The notes under the pieces were generated by a model. That model ran no database searches and was not told the DNA's origin. It saw nothing but the letters and a program-made list of their open reading frames with translations. Below, one piece after another: positions 47,655 to 56,810 of a DNA stretch of 64,000 nt; the first letter of the stretch is position 1; each line of letters begins with the position of its first letter. The translations under genes and the position numbers were made by a program. Source of the DNA: Candidatus Nomurabacteria bacterium (lineage in GTDB: Bacteria; Patescibacteriota; Minisyncoccia; Phycocordibacterales; UBA1006). The stretch is taken from contig JACKGA010000001.1 of the NCBI GenBank assembly GCA_020632195.1, forward strand, positions 45,673 through 109,672, in the 5' to 3' direction.

Positions 47655-47765
47655 CTGGAGAAACAACCTCGATGCAAAGCAGTCGAGGTATATTATTGAG
47701 TTCTCTACTTGCTCACTTCTTGTTTTATTCCGAGGCAGAGACTCGAGGAATATCATCGAGAAGAT
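47655..47765. repeat. ~105-nt structured repeat, copy X2
   Basis: Aligns base-for-base with 33885..33995, with compensatory stem changes (cctcga...tcgagg versus ccccga...tcgggg). Confidence 0.7.
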
Positions 47766-47796
47766 TAAACATAAGCTAAAAGCATAAAGTAAAAAA

Positions 47797-47830
47797 TAAC
47801 CAACAAAAAACACCCAGCAACATGTGGGTG
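47797..47830 (-). terminator. Rho-independent terminator downstream of the Tyr/Asn-rich secreted protein gene
   Basis: Minus strand: acaccca-catgttgc-tgggtgt followed by tttttgtt. Confidence 0.55.
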
Positions 47831-47856
47831 TATTTGGCAGGTAAGAAATGACCAAA

Positions 47857-48432
47857 CTATTTTAGCGAAATCCACTCGAGCGGACACCACTGCCTATTCT
47901 GCTGATACCAGCGATCATAGGTGGGACGCGTATTGAATGCAAAACTCGCCTGTAAAAAAAATTTTGCCCCGTTTACCACAATGGTGGCCTTAGGGTTAGA
48001 TCCTCCCATATAGTAGCCCTGATTACCATAGTAGTAATGATACGGGCTGTAATATCGGTAGCCATACTGTTGGTTGTAGTATGGATACACAATATACGGT
48101 GCAACAGGCACTACATTCGTATTACTATTGTTATTGTTGTTGTAATAGTAATAGTTATTTGTAGTTGTGCTTGGAGTCACTGCTTGATTCCCAGGATTAT
48201 AATAAACATCATCATAATGTTTATTATCTCCATGTGAATCGTCAGAAGACTCTTCATCTTCTCGCCCCGGGCAATCCCAACAATCCTCTACAGAATAATC
48301 ATCCACAGTGGGAGGATTAGTCGTAGGAATAGATATCGTAGATGCTACTGGAATTCCATTAGCATTATACGAAACCTGTGCTTGGGCAATTCCTGCGCAC
48401 AGTAAAAATAATACAAAAAATATATATCTCAT
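47857..48432 (-). CDS. secreted Tyr/Asn-rich low-complexity protein (191 aa)
   Basis: Signal peptide MRYIFFVLFLLCAGIAQAQ, then YYYYNNNNNSN and YYSPYHYYYGNQGYY tracts. Confidence 0.5.
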   Translation of the reverse strand: MRYIFFVLFLLCAGIAQAQVSYNANGIPVASTISIPTTNPPTVDDYSVEDCWDCPGREDEESSDDSHGDNKHYDDVYYNPGNQAVTPSTTTNNYYYYNNNNNSNTNVVPVAPYIVYPYYNQQYGYRYYSPYHYYYGNQGYYMGGSNPKATIVVNGAKFFLQASFAFNTRPTYDRWYQQNRQWCPLEWISLK

Positions 48433-48563
48433 GTCTCATTGGTTTTTAGTTGTTAAAATAAAAAATATCATGAATATTAAACCATACTTTGATTAAAAAA
48501 GCAAGTTTTTAGAAAGGTCCGACCATCGATATCCCTAGAACTAGGTTTCGTATGGGGCGATTC

Positions 48564-48590
48564 TGGATCCCCGTTTTCACGGGGATGACA
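48564..48590. repeat. Hairpin repeat copy j
   Basis: tggatccccg-ttttca-cggggatgaca. Confidence 0.65.
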
Positions 48591-48684
48591 GGGGTTTGGG
48601 TTTACTATAAGAATCAAGTTTTTGCACAAACAAAAATACAGGCCCCAAAAGGTTCCTGTATTTTAGATGTAATTGTCAAAAATT

Positions 48685-49752
48685 TTACTGAATATGTACC
48701 TTTACTTTTGGCAACATATTTTGAAAAAATTTCCCGTCACCAATGGTTGTTGTAATCCCAACAGTAAAACCTACTGTTGGTTTATACACCTGGTTTTGGC
48801 TTATATTTATCTCTTCCGCTTGGGGTTCGATAAACATAATTGATGTTGTGTTCGTTGGCGTCATTGTGGGTTGGGTTGTTGCATTTATTGGTGCTCCGTC
48901 CCATTTTCCACCGCCAAAACTACCTGGAGTACCACCAGTTTCATCAGCAAAAGTTCCGCCATCCTCCGATCCTGGAACTCCTCCGCCTCCAGTATTGACC
49001 ACAACAGGCGGTTGTGGGTCCCCTGTAGGAGTGGTTGTTGTAGTAGTAGATTTTGATTTGCCTTTTATTTGGGTCAAACCATAAATACCAGCGCCAAGGA
49101 CTCCAGCCCCGCCAATTCCCGCAAAAGTATAGCCGATGATTTTTCCGGCTTTGCCTTTTGTCTTGTAATTGGTTGTCCCATTATTGCCACCTTGGTCAAA
49201 ATCCCACGACTCTACCTTGATCTCAGGTTCATCGGTGGAATAATCTGCCGGTGGATTAACAATACTGGGCTTGTTATTACCATTACAGCAACAACAGTTG
49301 TTCGGCTGTTGATTATACTCATACCCATTCGGGTTTGAGGGCTGTTTTGGTGATTGTGGAATATCCTTTTTTAAAGGATTAAAACACCAATTGTCGCCCA
49401 GTTTTGCAATTGGGATCGCAACGGTGTTGTTATCCATCGCCCACCAAATACACTCTGTCCCAGCAATAAGCTGAGACGAGTATGTATAACCTTCTTCCCT
49501 GATACCGTGATTCAGGTATCCTGCCGGAGCAGGTCCTACACTGAATACACCACGGCCGGCTTTGATATCATCCCAGGCTGGGCCTAGGATTTTGCGATAT
49601 CCAGCATCAACTTTAGCTGGGCACATTTTCGCCCAAGCTTTGAATTCGGTAATCGGGTCTTTCCCCGGGGTTTTTCCCCTTTTGTAAAATTCCTGTGCTG
49701 ACACTGATGCGAAAGCCAAGAATGTAATCATTAGAAAAAATATATTTTTCAT
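48685..49752 (-). CDS. secreted Gly-rich hypothetical protein, paralog B
   Basis: Signal peptide. The motifs FKAW, AGYLNHGIR, KLGDNWCFNPLKK and GGGGVPGS are shared with paralog A. It also has a CCCC cluster. Confidence 0.6.
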   Translation of the reverse strand: MKNIFFLMITFLAFASVSAQEFYKRGKTPGKDPITEFKAWAKMCPAKVDAGYRKILGPAWDDIKAGRGVFSVGPAPAGYLNHGIREEGYTYSSQLIAGTECIWWAMDNNTVAIPIAKLGDNWCFNPLKKDIPQSPKQPSNPNGYEYNQQPNNCCCCNGNNKPSIVNPPADYSTDEPEIKVESWDFDQGGNNGTTNYKTKGKAGKIIGYTFAGIGGAGVLGAGIYGLTQIKGKSKSTTTTTTPTGDPQPPVVVNTGGGGVPGSEDGGTFADETGGTPGSFGGGKWDGAPINATTQPTMTPTNTTSIMFIEPQAEEINISQNQVYKPTVGFTVGITTTIGDGKFFQNMLPKVKVHIQ

Positions 49753-49789
49753 TTGAATCTCCTTTTTTGTTTAAAATTTAAAAAATTGT

Positions 49790-50383
49790 TTAGTTTTCGC
49801 GAATAGTTTCGCCTTGGATTGTGGTTTCTTTGAGATTTTTTTGTTTCTCTTTAGAATCCACTTCGTGCTGGGCGACCCAATTCAGAGTAATGGCCCCTAA
49901 TTTGATAAAGGTAACTTTTTGGGTTTCTTTATCATAGTAGCCGTAGAATTTATACTCCTTGGTTGAGGAGTATGCACTGGGCTTCCAGGCAAGAATAATC
50001 TCTTCCCCTTCATCTTCAGCCCACAAAATCAACAGTAATCCATCTTGTTCACCATAGAAAACGCCAGAAGTCCCAGCGCATAGCGCAACTGAGGTTACCT
50101 CTTGTTTTTTCTCCTCTACATACACACCGTCAACGTATTTTTTTGCTCCGGGTGTAGTTTTGGTGATCTTAAAGCCAATATTGGCTGACGGAATGTACTC
50201 GATTTTATTCAAGTATCCGTCATGGAAAGTTTTGTCCGCCACTGTGAATGCACGGTAGCCCGGCATTTTGGCATACTTGTTGGGCGGGCATTTCTTTTGG
50301 TCGCCCGTCACTTGAGTACTTTTACAATTTGTTAAAGAAAACAAAATGAAAGACACGAATGAAAATAATACTAATTTTTTCAT
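49790..50383 (-). CDS. hypothetical lipoprotein
   Basis: MKKLVLFSFVSFILFSLTNC: a signal peptide with an L-T-N-C lipobox. The start is taken at this ATG and not at the upstream track start. Confidence 0.55.
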   Translation of the reverse strand: MKKLVLFSFVSFILFSLTNCKSTQVTGDQKKCPPNKYAKMPGYRAFTVADKTFHDGYLNKIEYIPSANIGFKITKTTPGAKKYVDGVYVEEKKQEVTSVALCAGTSGVFYGEQDGLLLILWAEDEGEEIILAWKPSAYSSTKEYKFYGYYDKETQKVTFIKLGAITLNWVAQHEVDSKEKQKNLKETTIQGETIREN

Positions 50384-50566
50384 GATAATAATTTTTTTTA
50401 GTTTACAAATAAATAAAAAGCCCGACACCCCGGGCAACGGGATGTTGAGTTGTTTTTTATTTTTTAACTCATTTGCGCAGAGTATAACATAGCATGCTTG
50501 ACTTGTAAAGTCTTTTTTGCTATAATTGTGGAGAAATAAAATTTAAAAAACAAAAAAATTATTATT

Positions 50567-51055
50567 ATGAAAAAAGTATTTATTATATTAGGCGGATTAT
50601 TTTTATTAACTTTTTCATCTTGTCAAAAAGATGAGGATACTCGCCCAACACAGTTGGACGAGGAGTATATTAATAAAAATGTTTTTTTCAGTATTAGTAA
50701 AAATACTGATGAAACAAATAATGATCCAAACGTACCACTACCCCAGTGGCTAGGTACCGCAGTGGTGTGGGATATGGCACAAGAACCAAAGACTCTTCGC
50801 CTGACTGGCGATCTTTGGTATCCAACCGAGACAGGAGAAGCTGTCTACGAGTTGGATGTAATCTTGTATCCAGAAGATTTTTCATCGTCTAAAAACCATT
50901 TGAAATGGACGAAGACGAATGATGATTTAAATCCCAAAGCCTATCTAGACGGCTCAAATCGTCTACAAGGAAGCTGGGAAGATTTCCAGGCTGTAATTAG
51001 CTGGAAAAATGGTAGCCAAAAAATTAAAAATTTAAAGCTAGAAGTTCTAAACTAG
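50567..51055 (+). CDS. hypothetical lipoprotein
   Basis: MKKVFIILGGLFLLTFSSC: a signal peptide with an F-S-S-C lipobox. Low GC. Confidence 0.55.
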   Translation: MKKVFIILGGLFLLTFSSCQKDEDTRPTQLDEEYINKNVFFSISKNTDETNNDPNVPLPQWLGTAVVWDMAQEPKTLRLTGDLWYPTETGEAVYELDVILYPEDFSSSKNHLKWTKTNDDLNPKAYLDGSNRLQGSWEDFQAVISWKNGSQKIKNLKLEVLN

Positions 51056-51078
51056 AATTTCAGCTTTAAACATACAAG

Positions 51079-51112
51079 AAAAACCCTCGCGCGTTCGCAG
51101 GGTTTTCTTTTT
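51079..51112. terminator. bidirectional Rho-independent terminator
   Basis: aaccctcgcgcg-ttcg-cagggttttcttttt. Confidence 0.65.
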
Positions 51113-51147
51113 GTCTTATTTTTATCTGTATCCTCATGACACATACG

Positions 51148-53307
51148 TTACGCCTTTTTTAATCGTTCGATATTTTTGCGTATCATTTCCAGCTGCTGTG
51201 CAACGCCTTCGCTTGGCTTATCCTGCTGATGCTCACGCAGATCAGCAAGGTCGTTCATGAGAAGATCAATCTCAGCCTCGACGCGTTGCTCATTGGTCTG
51301 CTGGAGAAAAAGATCATGCAGGGGGTTTTTCTTGAGCAACTCAATGATGGTACTTTGCACTTGGGTAATTTTTTGGGCGATGCCTTGTTCGGGATTATTC
51401 CGCTGGTGGTCTTCGAGCATTTTGAGATAATCAACGAGAAGATCAAGCTCCTGCGCGGGGAGAGATTTTTCGGGGTCGGAACTCTTTGGCGGAGCAACTG
51501 CTGGAAGAGGGCTTGCTACTGTGGGGGCGTCTTCTTTGTGGGCAGAGAGGTCATCCTCAGTAGTCGCCGAGCTCTGGTGTGTCACGCCTTCTATGCCGAG
51601 CTCTTCGGCAACGTCTGCGGTAAGATCAACCACGCGCTCGACTTCTTCGTAGGATGTTTTCCCTTGTAAAATTTTGACTACACCATCTTCTGCCATCGTG
51701 AGGATGCCCTGATGCTGAGCTGCACGCTTGACCTGTCGATCCGAAGGATTTTTATCCAAGAGATCCTTGATTACATCATCGATCAAAATCGCTTCGAAAA
51801 CACCCATACGACCTTTGTAGCCTGATTCTGATTTTTCATCAGGGATGGGTTCATAGACCCACATTTCGTCCATATCGTAGGAAAGACCAAAGCGCCCGGG
51901 AATATCCTTGTCGTTGCTTTGGGCTTTTTTCAAAACAGCACGCATGACTTTTTCTTGTTCGGGAGTTGCTTTTACTTTCTTTTTCGCATCGGTAAGGTTA
52001 CGCACCAAACGCTGAGAAAGGGCAACACTCATCGATTGCCCGAGGACTGATGGATTGATTTTGAGACCGAGCAAACGTGGCACTGCTCCTGACGCGTCGT
52101 TGGTGTGAAGCGTAGAAAGGACCAAGTGTCCCGTTTGTGATGCCTGCATAGCAGCAAGGGCGGTTTCATTGTCGCGGATCTCTCCGACAAGAATAATATC
52201 AGGGTCCTGACGCATCGCGGCACGCAACCCCGCCTCAAAATCATAGTGCTGCGCATGATCTACCTGGGTCTGATGAATACCTTCGAGGTGATATTCGATT
52301 GGGTCTTCAATCGTAAGGATCTTGATCTCGGGGTTATAGACGTACTTGAGCAATGAATAGAGCGTGGTCGTTTTCCCCGAACCTGTCGGCCCCGTATTGA
52401 GGATAAGTCCGTGAGGCTTTTCTACTTCGCGCTTAAGAATATCCAAAAGATACGGCTCGATACCGAGTTGCTCAAGCCCTACATTGATACCCGCTGGGTC
52501 GAGAATACGCATCACGACACCCTCGCCGTATGGGCCTGGCACGGTCGAAACACGAATCTCAATTTCGACATTATTAAAATCGATCGTAAAACGTCCATCT
52601 TGGGCGCTTTTGGTTAGGTTGAGTTTCATTCCTGACAAAATCTTGATACGCGACATGATCTGCTTGTATGTGCGATGATCAAAATGCAAAATATCTTGAA
52701 GCATACCGTCCTGACGATACCGCAAACGCACTTCCTCATCCTGAGGTTCGATATGTACATCGGAAGATTTGGTCGCAATCGCCGCTCCCATGATAATCTC
52801 CATCAATCGTGATGTTCGTTTGTTTTCCTCTTCATCGGCAACCGTGTCAAAAAGTTTTTTGATATCATCATTGGTCTTTACCTGATCGACAATGGCTTGC
52901 AACGCGTCTTGAGAAATATCAATAAAGCTCCCATGTGAGCTGTGGGTCATGCGCAGATCATCATATCGCGACCATGCTTTTTCGAGGCTATTTTGTGAAA
53001 CGAGATAGAGGGTAACTTTATAGCCTGCCTTCGTTAATTCTTGAACCAGTCCATCAAGTTCATCAGATGACTCATGCAGCGTGGCAAGGGAAAGATCTTG
53101 TCCCACCAAGTGAAATCCTGCAACCGACAGCGCTTTGGCACGATCTTCATCGACCAGCGCCAATGCATCGGTGGATAGCGACATACCATCGAGATTTACA
53201 TAAGGCATGCTGATTTTTTGTGCACGCAATTGTACCGTTTCTTCTTCCTCTTTGATACGCAAAGATTTGAGGTCTTTTTGTAGTTGTGTGTCGTCGAATT
53301 GAAGCAT
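51148..53307 (-). CDS. pilB: type IV pilus / type II secretion assembly ATPase (PilB/GspE family) with ~170-aa C-terminal extension
   Basis: GspE N-terminal domain, Walker A LILNTGPTGSGKTTTLYSLL, Asp box, Walker B and His box. The start is taken at the internal ATG (MLQFDD). The C-terminal extension contains two copies of a ~30-aa helical repeat. Confidence 0.9.
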   Translation of the reverse strand: MLQFDDTQLQKDLKSLRIKEEEETVQLRAQKISMPYVNLDGMSLSTDALALVDEDRAKALSVAGFHLVGQDLSLATLHESSDELDGLVQELTKAGYKVTLYLVSQNSLEKAWSRYDDLRMTHSSHGSFIDISQDALQAIVDQVKTNDDIKKLFDTVADEEENKRTSRLMEIIMGAAIATKSSDVHIEPQDEEVRLRYRQDGMLQDILHFDHRTYKQIMSRIKILSGMKLNLTKSAQDGRFTIDFNNVEIEIRVSTVPGPYGEGVVMRILDPAGINVGLEQLGIEPYLLDILKREVEKPHGLILNTGPTGSGKTTTLYSLLKYVYNPEIKILTIEDPIEYHLEGIHQTQVDHAQHYDFEAGLRAAMRQDPDIILVGEIRDNETALAAMQASQTGHLVLSTLHTNDASGAVPRLLGLKINPSVLGQSMSVALSQRLVRNLTDAKKKVKATPEQEKVMRAVLKKAQSNDKDIPGRFGLSYDMDEMWVYEPIPDEKSESGYKGRMGVFEAILIDDVIKDLLDKNPSDRQVKRAAQHQGILTMAEDGVVKILQGKTSYEEVERVVDLTADVAEELGIEGVTHQSSATTEDDLSAHKEDAPTVASPLPAVAPPKSSDPEKSLPAQELDLLVDYLKMLEDHQRNNPEQGIAQKITQVQSTIIELLKKNPLHDLFLQQTNEQRVEAEIDLLMNDLADLREHQQDKPSEGVAQQLEMIRKNIERLKKA

Positions 53308-53481
53308 GAAAAAGATTGGCAACCAGAAAAAAATTGGCTCGTATCCTCTAGTAGTATACCCGCAGAAATACAAAATAACCAGACACTTCTATAGAGAAAA
53401 GAGTAACTATCGAGACAACAAAAAAACCCTTACGGGTATTTTGATATATCTTCTGCTTGACCGCATAAATCTCCTAGTAGT

Positions 53482-53503
53482 CCTTTTTGCCAGCTGGCAA
53501 AAA
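53482..53503. promoter_or_regulatory. perfect 22-bp palindrome (candidate operator or bidirectional hairpin)
   Basis: ctttttgccagctggcaaaaag, in the 575-nt intergenic region between pilB and the downstream module. Confidence 0.3.
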
Positions 53504-53882
53504 GTCGAGTACAACGATAAGTAATGCCCCAGTAACTCCTTCCGAAGACGGTAACCAGGAAACCCTTTCGCAACACCTATGCTCCGCATAACGGAGCGAC
53601 ACCTAAGAGATTTATATGGTCAAGTTGTAAAAGATATTATGTAGCGAAGTCGAAAACTTCGACAACGAGGAATACTATAGCGCGTTTACACATTGACAGC
53701 AAGTCCTTAATTGTGAATAAACTGTGTATAGCTCTCTTCCACTGATTGACGAGAAATGATCTGCAATCAACTACATCGTATTCGTATCCCCATACCTTTA
53801 ACTACCCCAAAAGAGATACCAGGGTATTATAGCATATAGAAATATTATGTCAACTATTTTTATGACGCTTATGGGGAAAAGC

Positions 53883-54443
53883 TTACATTTTTGGCGGCTC
53901 ATCAATAAGTCGATACATAATATTGTGAATAATACGCGACAGAGGAAGTGCTTGTTGGTGGGCTTGTTCAGACAGTTGATCGAATAATTGTTTGGGCATG
54001 GTCAAATCAACGCGCTGATGCAGTCCCAGGGCAAAGATACGCACCCACCCTTGTATATGCAAGCAAAAGTCAGTACGGTCATGATAATAGCGCACTTGCA
54101 CCCATGGGTATGCAGCCAGCTCTAGTACGGCCCCATACTTCCGGTATCGATCTTGTATCAAAAGCAAAAGCGGACGCTCTCGTGCAATAATTTTTTGTAG
54201 AAGCAAGCCAAAATAGACGCTTTCTTGAGCATAGTCAAAGATATAAAGATGATTATCCTCTTTTATAGGCTGTGGGGTTATGGTGGATTTCTCTCGCTGG
54301 TACGAAGACATATTTTCAAGTCGCCAGAGAGTAAACTGCTGGCGAAGTGCCCACTCGATACTCTTGCGCACCCATCTAAAGATGGAGTTGGGGCTCCGTC
54401 GAGTAGTAAGAAAAAAGAGATGTGTTTGAGGGGGTTTATTCAT
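53883..54443 (-). CDS. hypothetical protein (186 aa)
   Basis: Intact ORF, 17 nt downstream of the NDT-like gene; no motif recognised. Confidence 0.5.
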   Translation of the reverse strand: MNKPPQTHLFFLTTRRSPNSIFRWVRKSIEWALRQQFTLWRLENMSSYQREKSTITPQPIKEDNHLYIFDYAQESVYFGLLLQKIIARERPLLLLIQDRYRKYGAVLELAAYPWVQVRYYHDRTDFCLHIQGWVRIFALGLHQRVDLTMPKQLFDQLSEQAHQQALPLSRIIHNIMYRLIDEPPKM

Positions 54444-54460
54444 ATATAGCGTAGGTAGTT

Positions 54461-55030
54461 CTACTTATCGCGAGAACTAAGATATTGGTTAATATATTTT
54501 TTAAGTATGTTGTTGATTGATACTCGCTCGTGTGTAGCTGCGCGTTGTATGTTTCGGTAAAGGAGGGTATCCAGATATACCGTGGTGCGATGCAGCGACG
54601 TGCGAATCGAGTCAATAAAATCTCGAATACCTGCGCAGGCTTCATCGGGGTGTAGATAATCTATAGAAGTAAGGTTGTGTGCTTGCCTCAGCAACAAAAA
54701 AATTTCACGCACAGGGCGTGAAAAAGAGAGGTCAGATAAAAGCAGGGTTGGTTTTTTATTGAGCAGGGCATATACGATCTGTTGCCCGAGTCCTGTTGAT
54801 GGATACGAGAGGTCAAAAATAACCCCATCAGCAGTATCAATAGCGCGAAGTACATCTTGGGAGAGACTCGCTTGTGTAGGATGGGTCCCCTGATCAATTT
54901 GTGACAAGGCTGTTTCTACCCAGTCACGAGAAAGCGTGGCTCCTTGGTCCCGAATACAACCTACAAAGGTAAGGTAGGTTTGTTTTTGAGCTGTGAGATG
55001 AGAAAAAGGGCACGCAAAATAAATACGCAT
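54461..55030 (-). CDS. nucleoside 2-deoxyribosyltransferase-like (NDT/Rossmann-like) protein with Gln in place of the catalytic Glu
   Basis: MRIYFACPFS aligns with the IYLAGPFF N-terminus of NDT. ADGVIFDL and STGLGQQIVYALLNKKPTLLL align with the DSGTAFEIGYA region, with E replaced by Q. The start is taken at the internal ATG. Confidence 0.4.
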   Translation of the reverse strand: MRIYFACPFSHLTAQKQTYLTFVGCIRDQGATLSRDWVETALSQIDQGTHPTQASLSQDVLRAIDTADGVIFDLSYPSTGLGQQIVYALLNKKPTLLLSDLSFSRPVREIFLLLRQAHNLTSIDYLHPDEACAGIRDFIDSIRTSLHRTTVYLDTLLYRNIQRAATHERVSINNILKKYINQYLSSRDK

Positions 55031-55243
55031 ACGAATGACGTCAGGCTCTTTTGAAAAAAACAAAAGAAAGAATGACAAAAAGTGAATAATTCAAAAAATA
55101 TAAAATTGGAAGAACAGTCTTCAGGTGATCTTCATAAGTATATGTGTGAGATCTTTTCAAAAACTATACCACCTGTAAATATGTGTTACAATACATGTGC
55201 GATTAGATATATACAGGTTATTCACAGCCTTTTACCTTTTTCC

Positions 55244-56182
55244 ATGACTAAAACACACCAAACACTTGACCAAGAACTACGCCCTACCGCATGGGAGGAT
55301 TATATTGGGCAAGAGCTCATCAAAAAAAACCTACATATTCTTATCACGGCGGCCGGACAACGCAACCAACCGCCCGAGCACATGCTTTTTTATGGCCCGC
55401 CAGGACTGGGCAAGACAACACTTGCTCACCTTATCGCACACGAAACAGGCACGGCAATGAAAATTACCTCTGGCCCTGCTATTGAAAAAGTAGGAGATTT
55501 GGCAAGTATTCTGACAAACCTCAACACAGGAGATATTCTTTTTATCGACGAAATTCATCGATTGAATAAAATGGTAGAAGAGGTACTGTATCCTGCTATG
55601 GAATCGGGAGTATTGGATATTATTATCGGCAAAGGGCCATCTGCTAGGACCGTCCAGCTCGACTTACCGCCCTTTACCCTTATTGCCGCAACCACGCGCA
55701 TTGCGCTTCTGTCGGCGCCACTACGTAGTCGCTTTTCTGGTGGAGTACATCGTCTAGAAATGTATTCTGATGAAGAAATCCAAAAAATCGCCCAGCGCTC
55801 TGCCGACATTCTTGGCATGACACCAGATGCCGATGCGCTGATCGAGATTGCCAAACGAGCACGCTCGACGCCACGTACTGCCAACTATTTCCTCAAACGT
55901 ATTCGTGACTATGCGCAAGTACACGACACGCCAGTAACGCATCAGGTCGTCATTGATGCGCTAGAGCTCCTCGGTATTGATGAACAAGGACTCACTACGA
56001 TCGACCGCATGTATCTCGAGGTGTTGCGCGACAAATTTGGCGGCGGACCTACCGGGCTCAAAACACTTGCCGCAGCGATCAACGAGGATGAGAATACGCT
56101 CGAAGATGTCATTGAGCCGTATCTCCTGCGATTGGGCTTAATCGAAAAAACATCGCGCGGAAGGATGATAGTAGAAAAATAA
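55244..56182 (+). CDS. ruvB: Holliday junction branch migration ATPase RuvB
   Basis: LRPTAWEDYIGQE, Walker A GPPGLGKTTLA, Walker B ILFIDEIHRL, sensor motifs and a winged-helix C-terminus. The start is taken at the internal ATG (MTKTHQTL). Confidence 0.95.
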   Translation: MTKTHQTLDQELRPTAWEDYIGQELIKKNLHILITAAGQRNQPPEHMLFYGPPGLGKTTLAHLIAHETGTAMKITSGPAIEKVGDLASILTNLNTGDILFIDEIHRLNKMVEEVLYPAMESGVLDIIIGKGPSARTVQLDLPPFTLIAATTRIALLSAPLRSRFSGGVHRLEMYSDEEIQKIAQRSADILGMTPDADALIEIAKRARSTPRTANYFLKRIRDYAQVHDTPVTHQVVIDALELLGIDEQGLTTIDRMYLEVLRDKFGGGPTGLKTLAAAINEDENTLEDVIEPYLLRLGLIEKTSRGRMIVEK

Positions 56183-56424
56183 CCAAAGCAAAAACCGAAA
56201 TCAAACATGATTCCGGTTTTTTAGCATCTCTTTCCCGTCAAATAATGTGGCGTAATGAGAGCTTTACGATATTTAATCGAAAAGACTATGTGATAGTGAG
56301 TATTATACGTTGAGTGGTTTGCTGACTTGTTGACCATGGCTCAAGTATATATGAAAACCTTAGGTTTTCATTCTTTCCGAAGAAGAAACCCCTTGGCAAG
56401 CCAAGGGGAATTTTAGGATTTAAA

Positions 56425-56703
56425 TTATTGATGCCTGGTTTTAAACCCAAGAGTTTTTCTATCTTTCCCAAAAGTCATACCTTGGGTTTCCTGGAAAAAA
56501 GTATTTTGAATTTCTTGGATATCTTCCTGTGAAAAATTACCATCTTTCAAAAAATTTCCTATATTCCTCTTTAGAAATTCTCCCTTGAGTAATCCATTAT
56601 TAAAAGCATCTAAAATTGCCCATTTGGCAAGCTTGTAGGCAAGTTGGTTTTCTTCATCGTTAAGATCGGAAAAGTCTTTAAACGTTCCATTTTCATAAAA
56701 CAT
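56425..56703 (-). CDS. hypothetical protein (92 aa)
   Basis: Intact ORF between ruvB and the yebC-like gene; no motif recognised. Confidence 0.4.
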   Translation of the reverse strand: MFYENGTFKDFSDLNDEENQLAYKLAKWAILDAFNNGLLKGEFLKRNIGNFLKDGNFSQEDIQEIQNTFFQETQGMTFGKDRKTLGFKTRHQ

Positions 56704-56810
56704 AATTTATAATTTTAGTTCATGGAAAATATATGATATATGTCAATATCTTGCAACATTTCTCAGCTTATCCTATTCTAACTTTATATTTATCATTCAG
56801 TATTATACCT

